Counted from the stretch's first letter, positions 50,281 to 61,301 are shown. The stretch: DNA of 64,000 nt from Alphaproteobacteria bacterium (GCA_017635595.1 JAGBLF010000024.1:4441-68440), one strand, 5' to 3'. The notes: a model not told the origin generated them from the sequence alone. Program-made: numbers and translations.

Positions 50281-50721
50281 ATGCTTATTACTTTTATTGC
50301 TTTAATAGCGCCTCTATTGGTATTGGTTCGCCCACTACAACGCAACGCGTTTTTTGTGCTGTATTTTGCGTTAATGTGCTTGTCGGCCTATATTACGGAA
50401 ACATATTATTTCAGAGTACAAGCCTTTTCTCATAAAGCTTTTTTGATTTTTGCCGTTTATCATCTGGTCTGTATCAATATTGCCGTATTTATCGCCTACG
50501 GTGCCGATAAACGCGCCGCAAGAGAAGGAGCTTGGCGGGTTCCGGAAGCTTATTTGCACGCTTTGGAATTTTTAGGCGGATGGATCGGCGCTTTTGTTGC
50601 TCAAAAATTTTTTCGGCACAAAACAAAAAAGAAAAGTTATCGTGTAATGTTTTGGCTGATGCTTGTTTTACAGAGTGCGGCCGTTTATATTATTTTGCGT
50701 TATTTGGGATTAATACATTAG
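50281..50721 (+). CDS. DUF1294 membrane protein
   Basis: YGADKRAA..GAWRVPE..LH...GGWIGA...FRHKTKK. Confidence 0.92.
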   Translation: MLITFIALIAPLLVLVRPLQRNAFFVLYFALMCLSAYITETYYFRVQAFSHKAFLIFAVYHLVCINIAVFIAYGADKRAAREGAWRVPEAYLHALEFLGGWIGAFVAQKFFRHKTKKKSYRVMFWLMLVLQSAAVYIILRYLGLIH

Positions 50722-50730
50722 GAGGTTTGT

Positions 50731-52203
50731 ATGAAATACGGTTTAACACTATTGGCGTTAAGTACAATTATTGCCGGAACGGCTATGGCCGAACCGCTTT
50801 TACTGAAAGCAGAAAACAACAATCTGTCTCTCAGTATCTACAATCAAAATTTAGCTCTTGTAAAAGATATTCGTACCGCCGATTTAAAATCCGGTTTAAA
50901 CGAAGTTATTTTTGATGGTGTTGCCGAGCGCATACAGTCCGAAACAGCCATTATCTATGGCGACGGCATCAAAGTGAATGAACAAAATTACAGTTACAAC
51001 CTGATGTCTTATGATAATATTTTGCGCCAGTATATCGGTCAAGAGGTCACTGCCGTTCGCATTAATCCAGAAAACGGCAAAAATATTATCGAACAAGCCA
51101 CACTCATCAGCATCAACGGCTCGCAACCTATAATCAAAACCGAACACGGTATCGATGCAGAATATCCGGGGCGCATTGTTTTTGATAAAGTGCCGGCAAA
51201 TTTAAGCAATAAACCGATGCTGACTGCCAAATTAAATGCTAAAAATGCCGGCAATAAAACATTAAACTTAGCTTATTTGACCGACGGCTTAAGCTGGAAG
51301 ACCGACTATGTTGCAAATGTTTTAAGTCCAACCCAATTAAACCTGACCGGCTGGGTTACGATTAAAAACGAATCTGGTATTGACTATGAAAATGCCAAAA
51401 TCCAGCTCATCGCCGGCGATGTCAATGTTGTGCGCAACAGCTTCAAAGGACGCGGTATGGTGATGATGGCTAAAGCTGCCGTATTTGAGGAAGCTGCCGA
51501 TAATATGGCTTACGGCTCCGTTGAACCGGAAGCCGTTAACAGTTATGAGCTTTATACCCTGCCGACCACATCTACCATTAAAAATCATCAAAACAAACAA
51601 ATTGCGCTGATTGAGAAAACCGACGTTGTTTACAAAAAAGAATTCAATTTGTATTCACCTTTTTACTTCGGCAATTATGCTGCCGATGAATTTGAAAAGC
51701 GTCACCCGGTCATTACTTATGTTATCGAAAACAAAAGCGAATCGAATTTAGGTATCTCCCTACCGAGCGGCACAATACGTTTTTATCAAAATGACAAAAA
51801 CGGCAATTTGCAATTTATCGGTTCAAACAATATCGGCAACACCGCCAAAGAAGATACTTTACGTTTGAATTTGGGCGATGCATTCAATATTTCTGTCAGC
51901 GGTAAAGTAACAAAAATCAAAGAAAAGGAAATCAATCGTAAACCTAAAAAGAATCTATGCCATCAGGTCAAACAACTTAAAACTTTTGACGTTTCCATTA
52001 CGGTAAATAATGCCGAAGATACCGACAACACATTGGTATTTACGCAAAATATGCCGCAAGGATACCAAATTGTTAAAGAGAATATCAAGGGAACAGAAAA
52101 AAATGCCACAACGCGCGAATGGCAAGTTCCGACTAAAAAGAACAGCAAAACCGATTTAACCTTCTCGGTTGACATTCCGTTTGAATTGCAGGTTTGTGAT
52201 TAA
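50731..52203 (+). CDS. DUF4139 domain exported protein
   Basis: SIYNQNLALVKD, YLTDGLSWKTDY, IQLIAGDV, LPSGTIRFY. Confidence 0.88.
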   Translation: MKYGLTLLALSTIIAGTAMAEPLLLKAENNNLSLSIYNQNLALVKDIRTADLKSGLNEVIFDGVAERIQSETAIIYGDGIKVNEQNYSYNLMSYDNILRQYIGQEVTAVRINPENGKNIIEQATLISINGSQPIIKTEHGIDAEYPGRIVFDKVPANLSNKPMLTAKLNAKNAGNKTLNLAYLTDGLSWKTDYVANVLSPTQLNLTGWVTIKNESGIDYENAKIQLIAGDVNVVRNSFKGRGMVMMAKAAVFEEAADNMAYGSVEPEAVNSYELYTLPTTSTIKNHQNKQIALIEKTDVVYKKEFNLYSPFYFGNYAADEFEKRHPVITYVIENKSESNLGISLPSGTIRFYQNDKNGNLQFIGSNNIGNTAKEDTLRLNLGDAFNISVSGKVTKIKEKEINRKPKKNLCHQVKQLKTFDVSITVNNAEDTDNTLVFTQNMPQGYQIVKENIKGTEKNATTREWQVPTKKNSKTDLTFSVDIPFELQVCD

Positions 52204-52394
52204 TCTTCGAAAATCGATGCAATTTAAAAAAAACGCTCGCAACAGAGCGTTTTTTTATTGACATTTTAGACAAATCGACATATATTAGACTTAATTTCAT
52301 TATAATTGTGGCTACATATTTATACTCCTATTATTAGAGCCACACTTTGGAAAATAATTTTCTTTTTTTATTAACATCAAAACTTATTTTAACA

Positions 52395-53000
52395 ATGGAG
52401 AAGAAGGTATTTTTTCAGAAGTTAGGCATCGCAGCCGTAACAATCGTTTCACTTGGGCTTCTCGTATGGGCTATGTTTATTCCGGAGTCCAACGTATTCT
52501 GGAACACCTATCTGGGAGCACTGATTGCCGGCTTTATCTACTTCTTGGTCAAGTTCTGGCGTGACCGTTGGGACAATGAATTCGGACCGGTTCTGGCTAA
52601 AACATCGATTGTGGGCATGTGCACCAGCCTCTTTGGCCCTACAGCTCAGATGCTCGGATTGCACTTTGCCGGAACTAACATCATGGCCGACGCAAACATC
52701 AGTTCTCTGCCCTGCCAGTTCGGCGTTGCATGGGCACTGCTACTGCTTGCATTCTGCCTGCTGTCTGCATACACCGATACCAAAAATGAAAAGCCTGTTG
52801 TCAGATGGTTTGTCCTTTCAGGTGTCGTTTGGTTGCTCTCAATGCAGGTAGCGTTCGTAGATGAGGTCCTCAAGGTCTTCGGTTACACGCTGCCTGAATG
52901 GCTCGAACATATATTCTCGGTAATTTATCCGGTAATATTCTTCGGAACTGCCATTTTAGCATTCTGCTGCCTTATACGGGGCATATTCGGGAAAGACTGA
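52395..53000 (+). CDS. Hypothetical multi-TM membrane protein
   Basis: About 6 hydrophobic helices; own TTGACA-17-TATATT promoter. Confidence 0.65.
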   Translation: MEKKVFFQKLGIAAVTIVSLGLLVWAMFIPESNVFWNTYLGALIAGFIYFLVKFWRDRWDNEFGPVLAKTSIVGMCTSLFGPTAQMLGLHFAGTNIMADANISSLPCQFGVAWALLLLAFCLLSAYTDTKNEKPVVRWFVLSGVVWLLSMQVAFVDEVLKVFGYTLPEWLEHIFSVIYPVIFFGTAILAFCCLIRGIFGKD

Positions 53001-53135
53001 TCTTGACCATAAACTCTTAATCGCGAACGGCGTACCTTTTCAAAAGGTTGCGCCGTTTGTGTTTTTTTAAATCCTTTTATTTTAATAATGACATCATAAA
53101 TTTTAGCTGTATAATACCGCATAAGGAGAAATATT

Positions 53136-53768
53136 ATGCTTTATTGTTCGTCGTTTGATTGTCAAAAATGTCCGCGTTTATCAGAGTTCCGCTCTCAAAA
53201 CAAACAAAAATTTACTTCTTATCATAACGGGCCTGTCGAATCGTTCGGCGATTTGAGTGCAGCAATTTTGATTGTCGGCTTAGCGCCTGGCTTGCACGGT
53301 GCTAACCAAACGAATCGTCCGTTTACCAACGATTACGCCGGTGATATCCTTTATCCGGCCTTAAAAAAATTCGGATTTGCCCGCGGCAATTACGGCAAAG
53401 TCAAAAACGACGGCTTTGAGTTGATAAATGTGCGCGTTACCAACTCCGTTCGCTGCGTGCCGCCGCAAAATAAGGTTACTGCCGATGAAATTAAGGCCTG
53501 CCGACCGTACTTGCAAGCTGAAATTGCCGCCATGCCGAACTTAAAAATCATTCTCTCGCTCGGCTCGGTTTCGCACGGTGCAGTTTTGCAAGCGCTCGGC
53601 TACAAAAAATCGGCTTTCAAATTTGCCCATGGTGCCGAGCATAAGCTGTTTAACCACAATATTATACTCATAGACTCGTACCACACATCGCGCTATAATA
53701 TTAACACCAACGTTTTAACCGCCGAAATGTTTGATAAAATTATATCCCGCTTAACCGAATTACTATAA
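53136..53768 (+). CDS. Uracil-DNA glycosylase (family 5 / UdgB-like, Fe-S)
   Basis: CQKCPRL, VGLAPGLHGANQTNRPFT, VRCVPPQNK, SYHTSRYN. Confidence 0.92.
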   Translation: MLYCSSFDCQKCPRLSEFRSQNKQKFTSYHNGPVESFGDLSAAILIVGLAPGLHGANQTNRPFTNDYAGDILYPALKKFGFARGNYGKVKNDGFELINVRVTNSVRCVPPQNKVTADEIKACRPYLQAEIAAMPNLKIILSLGSVSHGAVLQALGYKKSAFKFAHGAEHKLFNHNIILIDSYHTSRYNINTNVLTAEMFDKIISRLTELL

Positions 53769-53841
53769 AAATGCTAACGTTTTTTTATACTTTTTCGGCC
53801 ATACTGCAAAGTAGATTTTTATCTTTAATGATGAGGAAGAA

Positions 53842-55587
53842 ATGTTTAAAAAAGCGGTATTTTTTCTGTTAACGCTTATACTTGCTTTTGATATTGCGCC
53901 GCTTTGCGCTGCCGAATTGGTGCAAAGCACCGAGCATACGACCGTCAGTATTGTCAGTAACGGCCGCGATACGATTTTGGCGCGGTTTGATATGCAGCCC
54001 GATTGGCACACCTATTGGCGCAATCCTGGTGAAGTCGGATTTCCGACAGTCGTTAAATCCGATAACGCAAACGTATATATCGAAAATCAATCCATACCGA
54101 AAGTTCACACCATTTTTGAAGAAATGAAAGAATATTTGTATGAAAATACAGCCTACTTTCAACTTCGCTCAAATAACATACAAGATGCAAAAATCACCTT
54201 TGATTTTGTAGAATGTAACGATATTTGCCAACCGAAAAGCCTGACTTTTGATTTATCGTTATTGCAAAGTGCCGATATTGCCGAATGGCTGCAAATAAAA
54301 GAACGTGCCGATGCAACTTTTCCGCTCAAAATACAAATAGACGGCGAGACCGACGGCAATTCGTTACGCTTGGACGGTATGCCTGCCGATAACCTGCAGT
54401 TTATCCCGGCCGAACGCGGCGTTATTACCGGAGAATCCGTTGACATAACTTCCCAAAACGGCTCGGCTCAAATCAAATGGCAAAACGAACCGAATCGCCG
54501 ATTGAAGCAAGCTTTGATACTAACCCCTTCAGAAGCCTATATGGCCGATATTGATTACACCGAATCAGGCTTACAGCTTTTATACATCGTGTTACTGGCC
54601 TTTATCGGCGGCATTATCCTTAATGCCATGCCGTGCGTTTTCCCGATATTGAGCTTAAAAATCTTTTCGCTTATCAACCAAAAGCGCAAAAGAAGGCAAC
54701 CGCTCTTAAATGCCTTTTATTATACTTTAGGCGTGTTGTTATCATTTTTATTACTGACAACAATTTTGCTTATACTGAAAAACAGCGGCGAATCGGTCGG
54801 CTGGGGATTTCAATTACAATCGCCGTGGTTTGTCGGTATTATGGCATTTATTTTCTATATTCTGTTTGCTTTTATGGTCGAATGGCTGCATTTTCCGTCG
54901 TTTGCCGGCGATTTTATGCATAAAGCGGCAAATTTAGGCGAATTTTCAACCGGTTTCTTTGCGGTTTTAATTGCCAGCCCTTGCACCGGACCTTTTATGG
55001 GGGCTGCCGTCGGTTATGCCTTTATGCACGGAAGTTACGAGCTCTATGCCGTATTTACGGCATTGGCACTTGGCTATGCCCTGCCCTATGCACTTATTGA
55101 ATTATATCCGCACGCCTTAAGCAAAATAATGCCGAAGCCGGGCTTATGGATGCGCCGTGTTAAAATCGTTCTATCCGTTCCGATTTTACTGACAGCAGTC
55201 TGGTTATCTGCCGTCTTAACAGAACAAATTATGCCTGATACAAATGATGAAAAATCGGCTTATGCTTTAGATTGGCAACCTTATGATGCCGAAACTATCG
55301 CCGAATTGAACGAACAAGGCAAAAATATCTTTATCGACTTTACGGCCGATTGGTGCTTAACTTGCAAGTTTAATGAAAAAATCTTAATCAATACTTCGCG
55401 TTTTAAGAATTTTGTTCAAAAAAACAATGTGCATTTATTTATGGCCGATATGACCGACTATAACGAAGAATATAACAATGCCCTCAATATGTACGGACGT
55501 GACGGCATTCCGTTATATATATATTACAAAAACGGCAGTTATGAAATCCTGCCGCTGTTCTTTTCGATATCCGATTTAAAAGATTAA
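53842..55587 (+). CDS. DsbD-like thiol:disulfide interchange protein
   Basis: WHTYWRNPGE, NAMPCVFPILSLK, ASPCTGPFMG, FTADWCLTCK. Confidence 0.92.
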   Translation: MFKKAVFFLLTLILAFDIAPLCAAELVQSTEHTTVSIVSNGRDTILARFDMQPDWHTYWRNPGEVGFPTVVKSDNANVYIENQSIPKVHTIFEEMKEYLYENTAYFQLRSNNIQDAKITFDFVECNDICQPKSLTFDLSLLQSADIAEWLQIKERADATFPLKIQIDGETDGNSLRLDGMPADNLQFIPAERGVITGESVDITSQNGSAQIKWQNEPNRRLKQALILTPSEAYMADIDYTESGLQLLYIVLLAFIGGIILNAMPCVFPILSLKIFSLINQKRKRRQPLLNAFYYTLGVLLSFLLLTTILLILKNSGESVGWGFQLQSPWFVGIMAFIFYILFAFMVEWLHFPSFAGDFMHKAANLGEFSTGFFAVLIASPCTGPFMGAAVGYAFMHGSYELYAVFTALALGYALPYALIELYPHALSKIMPKPGLWMRRVKIVLSVPILLTAVWLSAVLTEQIMPDTNDEKSAYALDWQPYDAETIAELNEQGKNIFIDFTADWCLTCKFNEKILINTSRFKNFVQKNNVHLFMADMTDYNEEYNNALNMYGRDGIPLYIYYKNGSYEILPLFFSISDLKD

Positions 55588-55589
55588 AT

Positions 55590-55922
55590 TTAATCGGTAT
55601 TTTCTTCGTCGCCGTCATCAATAATGATAAACTCGTTATCGCCGATAACGTTTAAGACGGCACGGGCACGCTCATCTAACAAATCCAAATCCAAGCTGTT
55701 TGAGGACAGCAGATTAACTTTTTGCTCCAATTCTGAACGCTTTTTCGTATAATTGGCACTCATTTTCTCGGCTTCGGCAACTTTTTCCTGTAAATATAAA
55801 TAGCGTAGAATTCCGCGCTCGCCTCTGATGGCAAAATATGAGAAATAGCCGCATAAAAGCATTAATACAACAATAACCGCCGAGCTTTTACTTTTTGCAA
55901 CAATAAATGACCAAATATCCAT
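55590..55922 (-). CDS. ftsB: Septum formation initiator (FtsB/DivIC family)
   Basis: TM, GERG, coiled coil, SLDLDLLDERAR. Confidence 0.85.
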   Translation of the reverse strand: MDIWSFIVAKSKSSAVIVVLMLLCGYFSYFAIRGERGILRYLYLQEKVAEAEKMSANYTKKRSELEQKVNLLSSNSLDLDLLDERARAVLNVIGDNEFIIIDDGDEENTD

Positions 55923-55998
55923 ATTATTCTCTGTTTATCTTTCTTATTTTTTGTACATTCGAACACATTTTTATTAAAAAAAAGTTATGATAGTCTGC

Positions 55999-56724
55999 CT
56001 AATAGAAATTTTTTGTTTTCGTAATAAAATTTGACGCTCGATTATCTATAAGCTTACCGTCTCTTAGGCTGACTTCCCTGTCCATCTTGTGTGCCAAATC
56101 TATGTTATGCGTTGCAATCAGTGCCGATAAGCCGGTTTCTTTGACAACTTCCAGCAATGTTAAAAGCACATTGTCCGAAGTATTCGGGTCCAGATTGCCT
56201 GTCGGTTCGTCGGCAAGCAGCAGTTTCGGTGTGTTAGCCAAAGCACGTGCAATGGCCACACGTTGTTGCTCACCGCCGGAAAGCTCGGCCGGCCGATGAT
56301 GCTCACGCTCACTCAGGCCCAAACGCTGTAACAGCCACATCGCTTTTTCTTCAGCATCTTTATATTTTACGCCGGCAATAAGTTGCGGTAAAATCACGTT
56401 TTCCGCTGCATCAAAATCAGGCAACAGATTATGATACTGGTAGACAAACCCCAAATAGTCGCGGCGCAATGCCGTACGTAATCCGTCAGAAGCATCGGTG
56501 CAGCTTTCGCCGTTAATGTAGATTTCACCCGAAGTCGGTGTTTCCAATAAACCGGCAATTTGCAGCAAAGTTGACTTACCCGAACCTGAAGGACCGATTA
56601 AGGCTACAATTTCTTTAGGCTTTATGTCTAAATTAACATCCTTTAAAACATCAAGTTGCTCACTGCCTTGAATAAATGTTTTATTGATATTTTTTAAGGT
56701 TAATGTCGTTTGTTTTTTATTCAT
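55999..56724 (-). CDS. lolD: Lipoprotein-releasing ABC transporter ATPase
   Basis: [39 protein letters not shown]; coupled to lolC/E. Confidence 0.92.
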   Translation of the reverse strand: MNKKQTTLTLKNINKTFIQGSEQLDVLKDVNLDIKPKEIVALIGPSGSGKSTLLQIAGLLETPTSGEIYINGESCTDASDGLRTALRRDYLGFVYQYHNLLPDFDAAENVILPQLIAGVKYKDAEEKAMWLLQRLGLSEREHHRPAELSGGEQQRVAIARALANTPKLLLADEPTGNLDPNTSDNVLLTLLEVVKETGLSALIATHNIDLAHKMDREVSLRDGKLIDNRASNFITKTKNFY

Positions 56725-57967
56725 AACGCAAAGCCTCCGCCGGATCAAATTTTGAAGCTCGGTATGCCGGATACAGCGTTGCCAAAAAAGACAGCAGCAA
56801 TGTCAGTACGACAACCAAAACAACCTCGGTTACATCTACTTTGGCCGGCAACTGAGACAAGAAATATATCTCCGGCGAAAACAAATCGCGACCGGATAAT
56901 TTTTGTAAAAATTGCCGAATATTTTCGATGTTATCACAGAACAATAACCCGAGTAATACGCCGATTGACGTTCCGACAAAACCGATAAATGCGCCGTCCA
57001 TAAAGAATATGCGCATAACCATACCGCGGGTTGCGCCCATTGTCCGCAATACAGCCACATCACGGCTCTTATCTTTAACCAACATAATCAAGCCGGTAAT
57101 AATATTGAATGCCGCCACCAAAATAATCAGCATTAAAATCAAAAACATAACATTACGTTCAACATCTATTGCATTGAAAAAGGCTGAATTTGTTTGTTTC
57201 CAGTCATAAACATACGCGTCCAGTGTCACGCTTTTTTCAATAAGCGCACGCATCTGCGCCAATTGATTTTCGTTTTTCAATGTCACATCAATAACCGATA
57301 CGGCATCCTTTAGGCCGAAATATTTTTGTGCCGACTCTAACGGCATAAAAATAAAGTTGGCATCGTACTCATACATCCCCAAGTTAAAAGTTCCGATAAC
57401 CCGATACGACTTAATCCGCGGCACCGAGCCGAATGCCGTGACCTTACCGTTAGGTGAGATAAGAGTGATTTCATCATCAACATAAATACCGAGTTTATGA
57501 GCCAATTTTTCACCGACAACCACCACATCATCTTCATAAGCATCCAAATCGACACGGGCAAAACCATCACGCATAACCTTTTTCTTTAAGATATCTTCTT
57601 TATCGATACCGCGGACCATAGCCCCCTCGGCTCCGCGCCCCGAAGAGACCAGAAGCTGTTTTTCTATCATCGGCAAAGCCAAATCAATCCCGTCAATGCT
57701 TTGTAAATCGCGAATAGCTTTTTTGTAGTTATTAAACGGAAATTCCGGTGATGATACAATGGATATATGGCCGTTAATTCCTAAAATACGGTTCAACAGT
57801 TCGGCCTTAAACCCATTCATAACCGACATCACGATAATCAGTGTTGCCACGCCGAGCGCAATACCGGTAAAAGCAAATCCGGTAATGACGGATATAAAAC
57901 CCTCTTTACGCTTGGCCCGCAAATAGCGCCACGCCGTTAAGCGTTCAAATTTTGAAAACAAGATCAT
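56717..57967 (-). CDS. Lipoprotein-releasing ABC transporter permease LolC/E
   Basis: [55 protein letters not shown]. Confidence 0.95.
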   Translation of the reverse strand: MILFSKFERLTAWRYLRAKRKEGFISVITGFAFTGIALGVATLIIVMSVMNGFKAELLNRILGINGHISIVSSPEFPFNNYKKAIRDLQSIDGIDLALPMIEKQLLVSSGRGAEGAMVRGIDKEDILKKKVMRDGFARVDLDAYEDDVVVVGEKLAHKLGIYVDDEITLISPNGKVTAFGSVPRIKSYRVIGTFNLGMYEYDANFIFMPLESAQKYFGLKDAVSVIDVTLKNENQLAQMRALIEKSVTLDAYVYDWKQTNSAFFNAIDVERNVMFLILMLIILVAAFNIITGLIMLVKDKSRDVAVLRTMGATRGMVMRIFFMDGAFIGFVGTSIGVLLGLLFCDNIENIRQFLQKLSGRDLFSPEIYFLSQLPAKVDVTEVVLVVVLTLLLSFLATLYPAYRASKFDPAEALRYE

Positions 57968-58045
57968 TCTCCTTATAATTTATCTGAATTTATAAAGAAT
58001 CTTATTGTTTTGCAACCTTGAACAGGCGGATATACACAGCGCCGA

Positions 58046-59011
58046 TTACATTCCGATACGCTGATTTAACTTCAAAAGTTTTACAATCGAGAATATGGTA
58101 TAAAACTGTTCAAATACAATATCAACTTTGGCTTTGTTAATATTGGAACGGAAAAAAGAATTTGCCTCAAACATATCCTGTTTGGTCGGAATAGCCAACA
58201 ACAGCGTATTATTCTGAAAACAAAATTGAATTGATTTGCCGTCGTACAAATCACGCAACTTAAGCATTCGTTCCATAAAGCCGGTTGTCAGTAAATAACG
58301 TGATTCGATTTGGCTGTCGGCGTACACTTCAAAATATTTTTCAAACAGACTGTCCTCCAGCTTAACGTTTTGCAGCCCTTTCACTTTATGAAAAGCATTA
58401 AACAGACCATGATCCTGCAGCACAACCGTTCTACCCTTAAACGGCTTATTCATCTCAAACAAAATACATACACCTGAAAAAACATTTTTTTTCATTTCGT
58501 GATTATTCATATCACGTTTGACCATACGCAATTTTTCCTCGGCAACGGTAATGTGAACATCATCATAGGTACCGCAAAAAAAGTCATCACCTATATTTTG
58601 ATTATAGTCATCAAACAAATCGGATGACATCAGATACGAATCGGCAATCGTATTTTCATATTGGTAGTAAAATGAGCCGAAAAAGCTGGCAAAATCAGGC
58701 ATTATTTGCGGTTTAACCCGTTTTTTATACATATAAATCGGGCCAATCAGCATCATAATCACAAGACAAGATAATCCGAGATAAACGCCGCACATAATAT
58801 TATTATCACTGCCGATGCCGCTTTCCAACAATTTTTTAATCACGGCAGGATAAAACAATAAGGCCATACCGACCAAAATTACAAAAAAAGTTAAATATCG
58901 CAAACGTATAACTTCATGCTTATGCAAAATCGGCAAAATTTTTTGCGTATAAAAATTATCAAAGTCGTGTTTTAAGTTGATATACTCGATATCTTTTTGG
59001 TAATCAATCAT
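58046..59011 (-). CDS. DUF3137 domain membrane protein
   Basis: 2 TMs; FSG, KPFKGRTVV, VKLEDSLFEKYFEVYADSQIESRYLLTTGFMERM; in the lemA operon. Confidence 0.85.
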   Translation of the reverse strand: MIDYQKDIEYINLKHDFDNFYTQKILPILHKHEVIRLRYLTFFVILVGMALLFYPAVIKKLLESGIGSDNNIMCGVYLGLSCLVIMMLIGPIYMYKKRVKPQIMPDFASFFGSFYYQYENTIADSYLMSSDLFDDYNQNIGDDFFCGTYDDVHITVAEEKLRMVKRDMNNHEMKKNVFSGVCILFEMNKPFKGRTVVLQDHGLFNAFHKVKGLQNVKLEDSLFEKYFEVYADSQIESRYLLTTGFMERMLKLRDLYDGKSIQFCFQNNTLLLAIPTKQDMFEANSFFRSNINKAKVDIVFEQFYTIFSIVKLLKLNQRIGM

Positions 59012-59973
59012 TCAACCAATGCCTTTATTATTTGGATAAAATTAAAAGTTTTCTCAAATTCGGTATTCATTTGCAGGAACTTATTTTTATCGATTTTGCG
59101 GCTCCAGAATTTATAGTTATCAAAATACAACGTACTGCCTTCAAAATAGATACGGATAAAGTTATCCTGAATTTGCAAATACATATTTTTGGCGGTAAAA
59201 GCCTCTTTCATATCCAATATCGTTTCGTAGAACAGAGATAACATAATTTGCTGGGCAAAATCAGTGTTATCCGTAAAACATTTGAAATAGTTTGATGCCG
59301 GAATTTCCATGCGCGGTGACACGGCATCCAGTCCCGGGAATTTACTCTTTCGATAAAAACCGGACTTATCAAAAACCAAAAGCGTACCGGCAAATTTGTC
59401 CGGAAATGTCAGGTACACGATAACCCCCGACGATATTTTTTTCTCGCGGCTTTTACCGAACAACACGGAATTTTTGGTGTAAAGTGTATCGCGTATTTCG
59501 ACTTTAACGTCACCGACATCGTTGGAAATGTTGTGCGAAGCGCTGACGGAATCATGCGACGGAATAATTGGCGCATGAACCAATTTAACTTCACCGGTCG
59601 TTTTATGTTTCCAATCACCGTAATATTGCAAAAACACATCAAAAATATCTTGACGAGGTTCGCGATAATACCTGAAAACAGGCCATATAGCAAAAGAAGC
59701 AGCCACTATACCGAATAAAACCAGCTGTTCATAATTTACCGAATGCTTGTTCATTAACGCGTTAAACAGCACAAACAGCACATTTGCACTGATAATGAAC
59801 GTTATTGACCAAACATATCCCCAAAAACGGCTGTGATACTTGTCTTTAAGACAATTATCTTCTTCAACCAAAGGAACTATTTTTTGGTTAAAATACGTAT
59901 CGAAGGCACTTTCTTCCTGCTGTTCCGGTGCATCGATAAATTGCATTTTATCCGAATTATCAATGTATTCCAT
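59008..59973 (-). CDS. Divergent DUF3137-like membrane protein
   Basis: Same length and 2-TM topology as the downstream gene, with degenerate motifs. Confidence 0.55.
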   Translation of the reverse strand: MEYIDNSDKMQFIDAPEQQEESAFDTYFNQKIVPLVEEDNCLKDKYHSRFWGYVWSITFIISANVLFVLFNALMNKHSVNYEQLVLFGIVAASFAIWPVFRYYREPRQDIFDVFLQYYGDWKHKTTGEVKLVHAPIIPSHDSVSASHNISNDVGDVKVEIRDTLYTKNSVLFGKSREKKISSGVIVYLTFPDKFAGTLLVFDKSGFYRKSKFPGLDAVSPRMEIPASNYFKCFTDNTDFAQQIMLSLFYETILDMKEAFTAKNMYLQIQDNFIRIYFEGSTLYFDNYKFWSRKIDKNKFLQMNTEFEKTFNFIQIIKALVE

Positions 59974-59987
59974 CAGATTACTCGTAA

Positions 59988-60557
59988 TTATTTAAAATAG
60001 TCCTTGGCATCAATAGGTTTACGCTCAGCTTCAGAAACCTCGAAGAAAGGTGTTTTTTCATACGAAATACCCAAAACGGAGGCAACCAGACTGCTCGGAA
60101 AAATTTCAACCATATTCTTTAACTCATTAACATTGGCATTGTAAAAACGACGAGCAGCGGCAATATGTTCTTCGACTTCATTCATACTTTGCATAGCCGT
60201 AATCATGGTTTGATTAGATTTCAAATCCGGATAATTTTCCAAAGAAATTTTGAACTCCTGCAATTTTTCATTAAGCATTTTTTCGAGTTCCATTTTTTCT
60301 TTAGGCGAAGCTACAAAAGAACTTTGCATGGCGCGCGTACGCAATTCGGTCAGTTCTTTCATTAAATTTTTTTCGTGTTCCATAAATTTTGCCGCCATTT
60401 GCAGCATATTCGGAATTAAATCATAGCGTTTTTTCAGTTGTACATCAACATCGGCCATTGATTCATGTACTTTGTTGCGGCACTTAATCAAGCGAACGTA
60501 CAACAAATAAAAAAGCGCCAAAACGACAATGGCTACAATCATAACTATATTTGGCAT
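59988..60557 (-). CDS. lemA: LemA family protein
   Basis: VDVQLKKRYDLIPN, ENYPDLKSN, IAAARRFYN, FPSSLVA. Confidence 0.96.
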   Translation of the reverse strand: MPNIVMIVAIVVLALFYLLYVRLIKCRNKVHESMADVDVQLKKRYDLIPNMLQMAAKFMEHEKNLMKELTELRTRAMQSSFVASPKEKMELEKMLNEKLQEFKISLENYPDLKSNQTMITAMQSMNEVEEHIAAARRFYNANVNELKNMVEIFPSSLVASVLGISYEKTPFFEVSEAERKPIDAKDYFK

Positions 60558-60713
60558 TGCATTACTCCTTAAAGATAATTACTGTTTTGTACATACTATA
60601 ACATGAGTCTTAAAATTTATTAAAGAATTTTTTGCACTGTTGTTATAAAAAAATACATTGATTCGGACAAAAAAGTATGTTACACTGAAAAAAAATAAGC
60701 GAAGGGCAAAAAA

Positions 60714-61082
60714 ATGAATGAGAGACGCGCAAGTTTTTTATTAAGGCAAATTAATCGGAGTGTAGATGCCAAAACACGGGAAGAAAATGCTGTCCGTGAG
60801 CAGGAAGCACGTGAACGTGATGCTTATGTTCAAAGAGAGATTCGTCAAAGAAACGCCGCAGAATTAGCTTTGTCGACAAAACGCGGATCTCAGGATTTGT
60901 CGGCAGAAAAAGCAATGATGCGTGACCATAAAATTGCTGCCCGCATGATAGAGCAAAAACGGCTTATGGCTGCGAGTGCACGTCCTGAACGCAAAAATGA
61001 AGAATTAGAACGTAAAAATGATGCACGTGTCCGTCAACAATCGATGGAACGTCAATATGTACGTCAACACACAAGAATGTAA
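60714..61082 (+). CDS. Arg/Glu/Gln-rich coiled-coil hypothetical protein
   Basis: 122-aa charged ORF. Confidence 0.65.
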   Translation: MNERRASFLLRQINRSVDAKTREENAVREQEARERDAYVQREIRQRNAAELALSTKRGSQDLSAEKAMMRDHKIAARMIEQKRLMAASARPERKNEELERKNDARVRQQSMERQYVRQHTRM

Positions 61083-61085
61083 GTC

Positions 61086-61301
61086 ATGGATATAAAAGAA
61101 ACATTAAAGCATGCTTGGAAGCGCCTGATGCATTTGAATATTTTGCGTGCTGACAGTAAGCAAAATAAAGGACGTTCGGAGTCTCAAAATGTAAATATTG
61201 ATATGTCGCACAACAACAGCCGTGATTACCAAAATGCCAAGCCGGGCGAACATGTATATACGCGTCGTCGGCAGAAATCGCGCAGCAGCCGAACAATGTA
61301 A
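61086..61301 (+). CDS. Small basic hypothetical protein
   Basis: 71-aa ORF starting 4 bp after the previous stop; Arg-rich end. Confidence 0.55.
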   Translation: MDIKETLKHAWKRLMHLNILRADSKQNKGRSESQNVNIDMSHNNSRDYQNAKPGEHVYTRRRQKSRSSRTM

